A stretch of DNA of 64,000 nt, from NCBI GenBank assembly GCA_050949175.1, contig JBMNFG010000009.1:895-64894 (forward strand), in the 5' to 3' direction. Position 1 is the stretch's first letter; each line of letters begins with the position of its first letter. The stretch is from Bacillota bacterium. GTDB taxonomy: Bacteria > Bacillota > SHA-98 > UBA4971. Both the position numbers and the translations under genes were made by a program. Below the pieces are notes generated by a model, which ran no database searches, had not been told where the DNA came from, and saw only the letters and a list, made by a program, of their open reading frames with translations. This document shows positions 51,189 to 58,507 of this stretch, one piece after another.

Positions 51189-52300
51189 GAATGGCTCTTT
51201 CCAAGGGCCATTCTTTTCTGTTTTAGACCCTATTTGCTCCTGATTGGCTTCCGCCGAGAGCCATTCCGAAGCTTCCGTGAACTTCTGTAGGTTTAAGTGG
51301 CTTATGTAGGGAGCCACTAAGAGCCGTCTAAAGGTTTCTCAGCAAGCGAATGGCTCGTCAGAAGAGCCATTTGGGCTAGTTTTGAGCCTATTTGAGGCTT
51401 CACTGGCGATCGAATGGTTTGCACCATGAGCCATTTCGGCCCGTTTTCGGCACTTATGATTGCTGAATGGCTTCCACCGTAAGCCAATCGTAGGGGTATT
51501 ACTCTGATACTACTCGTGTTCGTGTAGCGGTATGGCTCATGTGAGGAGCCAATCTAGGCGGTTTGAAGGGCTTTCGGCGGTGGAATGGCTTACGACGTGA
51601 GCCATTTATGCTAGTTCCGGTGCTGTTTGGTGGAAGAATGGCTCACTCAGAGAGCCGGTTCCGGCGATCCGTGGACGTTCATGGGACGTTTATGCATCCA
51701 AATGGCTCATACAGTAAGCCAAGTAAGGTGATTTGGGCTCATTTTGACAGTGCCATGGCTCTTCTCATGAGCCATTTGTGCTCCTTTTCGCGTTTCATGG
51801 CTGAAGGATGGCTCATGTGGAGAGGCAATGAGGTTCGTTTAGAGAGCCTTTGGCGGGAGGTTGGCTCATCTTGTGAGCCGAACAACGAGTTTCGAGAGCT
51901 TTTGTGACTCGGAATGGCTTATGTGATAAGCCATTCCGAGCCTTTTGGCGGTTTTTCAGGTACGATTCGGCTCATTATGAGAGCCATTTACGCCTCCTGA
52001 CGCATCATTGCACTGAAGGATGGCTCACGTGGTGAACCAAGCAAAGCGGCCGGGAAGCTTTTCAGGGACTTATTGGCTCTTCCCGTGAGCCAATAACACT
52101 TGCTTTAGGCTTTCTTGGGTACCTAATGGCTCTCCCTGTGAGCACGTCAAGAGGTTTTAGGCGGTTGTAGACGCTTTTAGGCGGTTGTAGATACTTTACC
52201 GTACGGAAACAGCTCGTGCGGTGAGCCGTTCTGACCTGTTTGAGGCTATCTTGCATGTGGAGTGGCCCCCAACATGAGCCAGTGAAGGAATCTTAGAGGC
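51189..52300. repeat. Array of about 19-20 degenerate tandem units (53 bp, occasionally 64-65 bp), each with a 21-25 bp palindrome [R]AATGGCTC-N7-GAGCCATT[Y]
   Basis: Unit starts read at 51189, 51242, 51295, 51348, 51412, 51465, 51530, 51583, 51636, 51700, 51753, 51806, 51859, 51912, 51964, 52018, 52071, 52124, plus degenerate copies near 52205 and 52260. Inverted-repeat arms are conserved; the 7-nt core spacer and the 28-bp inter-site segments are variable but related. Confidence 0.9.
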
Positions 52301-52334
52301 TTCCGTCTGTTAGAGCAGCTTACGTGGAAGTATG

Positions 52335-52369
52335 AAAAATCCGGCCCGTCGCTTGCGGGCCGGATTTTC
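52335..52369 (-). terminator. Bidirectional intrinsic terminator downstream of the LysM-protein gene
   Basis: AAAAAT-CCGGCCCG-tcgcttg-CGGGCCGG-ATTTT; a second GC hairpin GGCGCCCCAGCAGGGGCGCC follows at about 52375-52396. Confidence 0.6.
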
Positions 52370-52461
52370 CCTAAGGCGCCCCAGCAGGGGCGCCCCCCCT
52401 GACTGGAATGAGTTTATCTCGAAGTCTTCAGCCTCAGACATGAGTTCATTCTGAGACGGAT

Positions 52462-53487
52462 TTATCTCGGAATGACCAGCCTCTGGCCTGCCCAGATGAC
52501 ATTAGCGTCTGTAATGCCATTCGCACTCATCAGGGCCTGAAGCGACACACCGTAGCGGTTTGCAATAGCCCAAAGTGTATCTCCGGGTTCTACGATGTGA
52601 GTCCTGGTGCCGGTGCCGCTTCCTGTTCCTGCAGGAATGCCGCTACCGCCTGTCCCCGGATTGGGTACCCATGGGTTACCGTTCTGGATGATTATCACTT
52701 GGCCTGCCCACAGGGCATTCGCGTTTATCCCCGGGTTTAGTTCAATAAGCTTATAGACGGTTACACCGTACCTTGATGATATTGCCCAGAGTGTGTCTCC
52801 CGGACGCACATAGTAGACAACACGTCCACCCGTCCCCTGACCCGGATGATTGGTAACAGGCGGGCCCGGAACCTTATATTCTGGGGTCACGTCATAAGCT
52901 GCTATTGTAGGACCGTTCTTTCCCCAGTATGTGAAGGAGGTCTTAGCCTGCTTTGCAATGGATGCTGCCTCCCAGGCGTCGGTGATCTCACGTACGCTGT
53001 TGATTGTCCAGATCATCCGCGCTCCGGAACCGAAGGGCTGGATTAGCTGGACAACGTAAGCCCGTCTTCCGTGCTGTACCAGGACCTTTGCTTCAGCGGT
53101 TCCTGAGTACTGGCCTTTTTCTACCTTGCTGAACAGTGTAAAGGTATCTGTAGACGGATTCAGGCCAAGATTCTGCCCTTCGATTCGGGCAACCTGAACT
53201 GGGTCAAGCCTCCACTGGTGCTGACCTCGGTTTACCTGCATCTGCACTCTCCACAGAGCCTGCCAGTCGATTGTTACAGGTCCTGTAGTGACTGTTGACT
53301 CAGGTTGGGTGTTTCCGGTGTAGTACACCTGCCCATTTTGTCCTGCCCTGAATGATGGGTGGACAGGCAATCCGCCTCCGGACTTCTGTACAGTTGATTC
53401 TTGTGCCAGGGTTGTCATTGTCATCGATGCAACCATGGCGATTACAAGTATTATTGAAGTTACAAAGTACTTCTTAAGATTAAACAA
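52462..53487 (-). CDS. Secreted/membrane-anchored protein with two C-terminal LysM peptidoglycan-binding domains
   Basis: TTG start with GGGGAG RBS; N-terminal TM/signal (YFVTSIILVIAMVASMTMTTLA). Two LysM repeats (YYVRPGDTLWAISSRYGVTVYKLIELNP...; HIVEPGDTLWAIANRYGVSLQALMSANG...). Confidence 0.8.
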   Translation of the reverse strand: MFNLKKYFVTSIILVIAMVASMTMTTLAQESTVQKSGGGLPVHPSFRAGQNGQVYYTGNTQPESTVTTGPVTIDWQALWRVQMQVNRGQHQWRLDPVQVARIEGQNLGLNPSTDTFTLFSKVEKGQYSGTAEAKVLVQHGRRAYVVQLIQPFGSGARMIWTINSVREITDAWEAASIAKQAKTSFTYWGKNGPTIAAYDVTPEYKVPGPPVTNHPGQGTGGRVVYYVRPGDTLWAISSRYGVTVYKLIELNPGINANALWAGQVIIIQNGNPWVPNPGTGGSGIPAGTGSGTGTRTHIVEPGDTLWAIANRYGVSLQALMSANGITDANVIWAGQRLVIPR

Positions 53488-53690
53488 AGAACATCTCCCC
53501 TTCTGCGGCAGAAGCCGCCCAGGTAAAGTATGATATTAAGGGTGTTGTCACCCTCCTGGCTATGATATATATCCAGCGTAAGGGTGTCACCCCACAAATG
53601 ATTCCACAATATGAAAAGAGCGGAACTGGGATTTATACTGCTTGGCTAGCATAAGATCCTTTTGAAGGGACTTAAGAATTCGCAGCGAAC

Positions 53691-53815
53691 TCTTATCTTG
53701 AGGATGTCTTATGTTTTTAGGCTGTCCTATGTCTTGAGAATATCTTATGTTGTTAGAATGTCCTGTGTCTTGAGGATGACTTATCTCTTGAGGATGTCTT
53801 GGGTTCTGAGAAAAC
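53691..53815. repeat. Tandem array of 7 x 18-bp units (TCTTATGTCTTGAGGATG-like)
   Basis: tcttatcttgaggatg / tcttatgtttttaggctg / tcctatgtcttgagaata / tcttatgttgttagaatg / tcctgtgtcttgaggatg / acttatctcttgaggatg / tcttgggttctgagaaaa. Generates a spurious hexapeptide-repeat ORF on the minus strand. Confidence 0.8.
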
Positions 53816-53867
53816 AACCATGACTATCCGAACCTTACGACCAGCCGAAAACGGTATGTAAGAACAG

Positions 53868-54118
53868 TATGTGTACGTTAGCCGACAAGAGCGTGGACTT
53901 AGTACAAGATGTATGGGCTAATCGACTGGAGCGCAGACATAGTACACCATTTATAGACTAGCCTACAAGAGCGCGGATATAGTACACGATGTATACACTG
54001 GCCGATAAGACCGCGGATACAGTACATGATGTATAGACTGACCGACAAGAGTGTGGCTATAGTGCACGAGACCATGGATGCAGTACAGACATATTGGCTG
54101 GAACGAGCATGGATAGTC
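53868..54118. repeat. Tandem array of about 6 x 42-bp units (..GCCGACAAGAGCGYGGAYWTAGTACAMGATGTATAGACT..)
   Basis: Six successive about-42-bp blocks sharing CAAGAGCG, TAGTACA and ATGTATAGACT cores, ending about 20 bp before hutH. Confidence 0.8.
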
Positions 54119-54137
54119 TTAGGAAAGGGAGACTGAG

Positions 54138-55649
54138 GTGTCGAAAGTATTTATCGACGGCAGGACTCTTACTTATGAAGATGTAGTCGCGGTTGCGCGC
54201 GGCTACAAAAGTGTAGACATCGCCTCTGAAGTGCGCGACCAGGTTGAGAGAACCCGCCGGGTATTAGAGGATATTTTAGCTCAAGACAGAGTGATCTACG
54301 GAGTCAACACCGGCTTCGGCCATCTTGCTTCCGTCCGGATCTCCGATGAAGAGCTTTGCAAGCTGCAGGAGAACCTCATTATCAGCCATGCGGCAGGAAC
54401 AGGCGATCCTTTCCCTGATGAAGTAGTCAGGGCTATGATTCTTCTCCGCGCCAACTCCCTGGCAAGAGGCCTATCCGGGGTTAGATACGAGCTTATCGAG
54501 GCGTTGGTGTCCCTTGCAAACCACGATATTTGCCCGATCATCCCTGAGCAGGGGTCTCTTGGAGCATCCGGCGATCTCGCACCCCTTGCGCACCTGGCCC
54601 TCGCCCTCCTCGGCAAGGGGAAGGTCAGGATGGGCGGCATGCTTATGGACGCAGCTCTAGCCTTGGAGCGAGCCGGAATATCTCCTCTTACACTCATGCC
54701 CAAAGAAGGAATAGGCCTTATAAACGGCACACAGGCTATGACTGCAGTGGGTGCTATCGCGCTCTATGATGCTGTAGTGCTGGCAATAACCGCTGATGCT
54801 GCGGCATCCATGTCCATTGAAGCGCTGCGAGGGATTCCCGATGCTTTCCGCCCCTGTCTCCACCAGGCCAGACCTCATCAGGGCCAGATGGAGTGCGCAG
54901 AGTTCATCAGCAGATTGCTTGAAGGAAGCCGGCTTGTCAGTGCCCCGGGCGAGCTCCGAGTCCAGGATGCGTATTCTATAAGATGTATCCCTCAAGTTCA
55001 TGGAGCTACCAGAGATGTCTTGGAATATGTAAGGAAAGTAATCAATACGGAAATAAACTCAGTCAGCGACAATCCCCTGGTTTTCCCCGACGGTCAAGTG
55101 ATTTCAGCAGGCAATTTCCACGGACAGCCTGTAGCGTTGGCTATGGATTTTCTGTCAATTGCCACAGCTGAGCTTGGGAACATATCCGAGAGGCGCATTG
55201 AGCGGTTATTGAATCCGGCTTTATCCGGGCTTCCGCCTTTTCTCGCTGTGCAAGGCGGTATTAACAGCGGTTTCATGATTTCTCAATACACTGCCGCATC
55301 ACTAGTGTCTGAGAATAAGGTCCTCTCGGCACCTGCAAGCACAGATTCGATTCCGGTATCCGCATCCCAGGAAGACCATGTGAGCATGGGGACGATTGCC
55401 GCTCGTAAGGCCAGGGCAGTAGTGAAGAACGTGGCTCGAATCCTTGCTATTGAACTTATGTGTGCCTGCCAGGCGCTGGAGTTTCAAGGCCCTGAAAAAC
55501 TGGCTCCCGGGACTCGCAGGATTTATGACTTGGTCCGCCAGGTTCTGCCTTCGCTTGAAGAAGACAGGTGGCTGCATCCTGATATTGAGGCTGTTACTGA
55601 ACTGGTTGCCGAAGGCCGGATAGCCGAAGTTGCTGTGGCTGCCGGCTAG
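54138..55649 (+). CDS. hutH: Histidine ammonia-lyase (aromatic amino-acid ammonia-lyase family, MIO cofactor)
   Basis: 503 aa, GTG start with GGGAG RBS. MIO-forming triad in GSLGASGDLAPLAH; typical HAL blocks (YGVNTGFG, NPLV, FHGQP). Confidence 0.9.
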   Translation: MSKVFIDGRTLTYEDVVAVARGYKSVDIASEVRDQVERTRRVLEDILAQDRVIYGVNTGFGHLASVRISDEELCKLQENLIISHAAGTGDPFPDEVVRAMILLRANSLARGLSGVRYELIEALVSLANHDICPIIPEQGSLGASGDLAPLAHLALALLGKGKVRMGGMLMDAALALERAGISPLTLMPKEGIGLINGTQAMTAVGAIALYDAVVLAITADAAASMSIEALRGIPDAFRPCLHQARPHQGQMECAEFISRLLEGSRLVSAPGELRVQDAYSIRCIPQVHGATRDVLEYVRKVINTEINSVSDNPLVFPDGQVISAGNFHGQPVALAMDFLSIATAELGNISERRIERLLNPALSGLPPFLAVQGGINSGFMISQYTAASLVSENKVLSAPASTDSIPVSASQEDHVSMGTIAARKARAVVKNVARILAIELMCACQALEFQGPEKLAPGTRRIYDLVRQVLPSLEEDRWLHPDIEAVTELVAEGRIAEVAVAAG

Positions 55650-55749
55650 AGGCCATCGGCAATGTGGCGAAGGATCCCCTGTTGCACTTTGCCGAAGAAT
55701 GGTTTAAGATTTAGACAAAAGTAAATAACCAACAGTAGATCTTCGGGGC

Positions 55750-55880
55750 AGGGTGAGGCTGGAGTCTCCAGCCAATTCCCGACCGGTGGTAATGCCGAAA
55801 GGTAAGTCCACGAGCTGCAAATGCGGTTGAGCCGGTGAGATGCCGGCACCGACGGTAAAGTCCGGATGGGAGAAGGCCTC
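55750..55880 (+). promoter_or_regulatory. Candidate cobalamin-riboswitch-like structured leader (tentative)
   Basis: Segments CCGGTGAGATGCCGG, CACCGACGGTAAAG and GGGAGAAGGC resemble the GGTGAAAATCC / CCCGCNACTGTAA / GGGAAGGC core of Cbl riboswitches. The B12-box GCCACTG and the GGGAA block upstream of GGTG are not evident, so the call is weak. A perfect 17-nt hairpin GGCTGGAGTCTCCAGCC sits just upstream. Confidence 0.25.
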
Positions 55881-55928
55881 AAGCAGATTGAATGCGCTTG
55901 CTGCTGCTTGGAACTGGTTGAAATTTGA

Positions 55929-55964
55929 GCCCTGAGGTCTACCGCCCAGGGCTTCATTTTTTGG
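55929..55964 (+). terminator. Putative intrinsic terminator (expression-platform-like) in the hutH/ECF-S intergenic region
   Basis: GCCCTG-aggtctaccgcc-CAGGGC followed by TTCATTTTTTGG. Confidence 0.4.
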
Positions 55965-56185
55965 CACACTGTCAGTTTACGAGCCGGTGTACTCAGAATC
56001 ACCGCACTTTGTTGGTATGCTTTGTCGATATACTTTGTTGGTATCAGAGAAGCAGGCATGCATCCTGGGCCCGGCATCCGGAGAGCGCGGTTCAGTGTGC
56101 GAGACAGCGTTCCGGATTAGTGTGCTAACCAGGGGTAACGCTCTGAAGCCCGGGCGGGCAAGGCAACATAAGGAGGTTGTTCAGA

Positions 56186-56773
56186 TTGATCAATCAAAAG
56201 ACCAAAAGGATTGTTATGCTAGGTGTTCTTGCTTCCATAGCAGTTCTCCTATCCCTTGCCAACTGGCCTCTGTTTCCATCAGCGCCACATCTTCGCTTTG
56301 AAACGGCTGACGTGCCAGTATTGATTGCCGGGTTCGCCTTCGGTCCGGCAGCAGGGTTATCCGTTGCCTTTGTCATGGCAGTCTTAATGGCTGCGATCAC
56401 AGGCCTTGACGGAGCAGTGGGAGCATTCATGCATTTTTTGAGCACAGGCAGTCTGGTGCTGGCTGCAAGCCTCGTGTACAGGCGCCATCACACACTAAAA
56501 GGAGCGATAGCAGGTCTCTTCTCAGGCACTCTCGCGCACACCATAGTCATGCCGCTTGTGAACCTGACAATCGTTCCGTTAATATACGGCTTCTCAAGAG
56601 AGCAAGTGGTGCACATGCTGCCTATACTCTTTGCTTTCAACGCTGTCAAAGCCGGGTTGAACTCGATTGTTACGTTCCTCGTTTATAAACGAGTATCCTG
56701 GTTCATTAAAGGCCTTCTGGCAGGCGACAAAGCTAACCGGTTTGCCGAGCAAGTGCAAAAACCTTCTACTTAG
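56186..56773 (+). CDS. ECF-transporter substrate-specific (S) component, possibly cobalamin-type (CbrT-like)
   Basis: About 195 aa from TTG 56186 (AGGAGG 9 nt upstream); 6 TM with a small polar N-terminus. No A/T ECF modules nearby. CbrT assignment is inferred only from the upstream Cbl-like leader. Confidence 0.5.
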   Translation: MINQKTKRIVMLGVLASIAVLLSLANWPLFPSAPHLRFETADVPVLIAGFAFGPAAGLSVAFVMAVLMAAITGLDGAVGAFMHFLSTGSLVLAASLVYRRHHTLKGAIAGLFSGTLAHTIVMPLVNLTIVPLIYGFSREQVVHMLPILFAFNAVKAGLNSIVTFLVYKRVSWFIKGLLAGDKANRFAEQVQKPST

Positions 56774-56935
56774 TTCATAGGCTCGGCAGTTAGTTCAGAA
56801 GCCCGGCTATTTAGTTCATAGGCTCAGCAGTCCAGTGGAGGATCTTGGCCATCTTGTCCATCTAGTTCGGAGCTTGGGTAGTTAGTTCAGAGCCTGCTCG
56901 TTCACATCAGAAGCTCGGAGGTTTAGTTCAAAGAT
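56771..56935. repeat. Tandem array of about 7 x 20-22-bp units (TAGTTCAnAGGCTCGGCAG-like), beginning at the stop codon of the ECF-S gene
   Basis: tagttcataggctcggcagt / tagttcagaagcccggctat / ttagttcataggctcagcag / ctagttcggagcttgggtag / ttagttcagagcctgctcg / ttcacatcagaagctcggagg / tttagttcaaagatgcggc. Confidence 0.75.
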
Positions 56936-56978
56936 GCGGCAATGCCTCGGTGAGGTGATGCCGCATCTTCTGTTTTCA
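56933..56978 (+). terminator. Intrinsic terminator after the ECF-S gene and repeat array
   Basis: GATGCGGCA-atgcctcggtgaggtga-TGCCGCATC followed by TTCTGTTTTC. Confidence 0.6.
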
Positions 56979-57221
56979 TATGAGTATGAAATTTCCCCAG
57001 ATTCCATATATATATACCACTCTTCGGCAGGATTATCGGTCTAATGTACCGAATACCTAACGATGCTTGACGTATGGCGTTGTAAGGGATAGACTCTATA
57101 AAAACAGAAAACCGCTTTCGGAGGTGATAAATGCAGGTACCTCAATAGAGCATAGGATAGAGTCTTTATGAGAGCTATCTCAATCAACCATTAAGTAGAT
57201 TAAAGAAGGGGAGTAGATATA

Positions 57222-58343
57222 ATGAGAAAGTTTGTAATCGGTTTATTGGTCGTAGCATTTCTTGTCAGCGCAATAGGTGTAGTCGGAACTGCAGCTCCTG
57301 CGTATAAGATCGGAATCGTCACCGGAACGGTCTCGCAGGGCGAAGATGAGTACCGCGGCGCAGAGAAAATGAAGGCTAAGTACGGCGACATGATAAAGCA
57401 CGTCATCTATCCGGACAACTTCATGCAGGAACAGGAGACCACAATAGCCCAGATCACAGGTCTTGCTGCAGATCCGGATGTCAAAGCGATTGTTGTCAAC
57501 CAGGCAGTTCCGGGCACAGTTGCAGCCATCAGGCAGGTACGGGAAATTCGTCCGGATATCATTTTCCTTCTGGGCGTTCCCCACGAAGATCCTGAGCTTG
57601 TTTCCGATACTGCAGACCTTTCCTTTGAAACAGACCAGGAAAGGCGTGGAGTGACGATTGTTCAGCTTGCGAAAGAACTTGGCGCTGAGAAGTTCCTCCA
57701 CTATTCATTCCCCAGGCATATGGCTATGCCGCTTCTGGCGAAGCGCGCCGACATCATGAAAGAGGAAGCCGAGAGGCTCGGAATTGAGTTCATCTTTGCA
57801 ACTGCTCCTGACCCAATGGGTGAGTACGGCATACCCGGTGCTCAGCAGTTCATCCTTGAGGATGTGCCGAGACAGGTTGAGAAGTATGGCAAGAATATTG
57901 CACTATTCAGCACCAACTGCAGCATGCAGGAGCCTCTTATCATTTCAGCACTGAACACAGGCGCAATCTTCCCTGAGCAGTGCTGCCCGAGCCCAACTCA
58001 TGGTTACCCTGCAGCTCTGGGTCTTGAGATTACCGACGAGATGAAGGGTAATATCCCGGCAATCCTCAAGGCAATCAACGACGCCATTGTTGAAAAGGGC
58101 GGAGCAGGAAGGTTTGCCACATGGCCAGTCCCCACCAACTACCTCCTTGTCGAGGCTTGCGTGGAGATAGCCCGTGACACGATCGAAGGGAAGATGGAGC
58201 TTAGCGACCTGGACGCTGTCAAAGCCAGGTTAGAGGCTGCAGCCGGTGTTCCCATGGAGCTCCGTAGGCTTCCTGAGAAGCCAGATGGTAATTTCTATCT
58301 ATTAACAAGCGGCTCTGTCGTTTTCGGGAGAGATGAATTCTAA
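57222..58343 (+). CDS. ABC transporter substrate-binding lipoprotein/periplasmic protein (type I PBP fold, DUF3798-like)
   Basis: 373 aa, signal peptide MRKFVIGLLVVAFLVSAIGVVGTAAPA, then YKIGIVTGTVSQGEDEY... First gene of an SBP-ATPase-permease-permease operon. Family name from memory. Confidence 0.5.
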   Translation: MRKFVIGLLVVAFLVSAIGVVGTAAPAYKIGIVTGTVSQGEDEYRGAEKMKAKYGDMIKHVIYPDNFMQEQETTIAQITGLAADPDVKAIVVNQAVPGTVAAIRQVREIRPDIIFLLGVPHEDPELVSDTADLSFETDQERRGVTIVQLAKELGAEKFLHYSFPRHMAMPLLAKRADIMKEEAERLGIEFIFATAPDPMGEYGIPGAQQFILEDVPRQVEKYGKNIALFSTNCSMQEPLIISALNTGAIFPEQCCPSPTHGYPAALGLEITDEMKGNIPAILKAINDAIVEKGGAGRFATWPVPTNYLLVEACVEIARDTIEGKMELSDLDAVKARLEAAAGVPMELRRLPEKPDGNFYLLTSGSVVFGRDEF

Positions 58344-58507
58344 CCTTATGCAAGCGGTCCTTAGATGAGGTACAGGGGTGCCGGGTAATCCACACCCGGT
58401 ACCCTTGCCTTTTTGAGGTGCACGAAGGGTGGACATACCAATTGAGTTAGAATTTGCTTTTAGTCCTCCCAGTTGAGCTTGTACTGATAGAAGGGAAGAG
58501 CAAAAAC

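Noticed and set aside
51563-51907. 114-aa plus-strand ORF inside the palindrome array
   Set aside because: Generated by the repeats (repeated W-L-M/ MAH motifs), with no RBS or start context. This is periodic sequence, not a gene.
51189-52300. Possible CRISPR array (25-bp partially palindromic repeats with about 28-bp spacers)
   Set aside because: The repeats are strongly degenerate rather than near-identical. The 'spacers' are mutually similar (shared GTTTTnGAGCCTaTTT-like motif). Unit lengths vary (53/64/65), no leader or cas genes are nearby, and the arms form a perfect dyad typical of protein operators rather than CRISPR repeats.
53587-53817. 76-aa minus-strand ORF with hexapeptide repeats (RHPQDI...)
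   Set aside because: Direct translation of the 18-bp tandem array; repeat artefact.
55704-56077. Minus-strand ORFs (87 and 143 aa) in the hutH/ECF-S intergenic region
   Set aside because: No RBS or conserved features; the region is better explained as a structured plus-strand leader with a hairpin and direct repeats.
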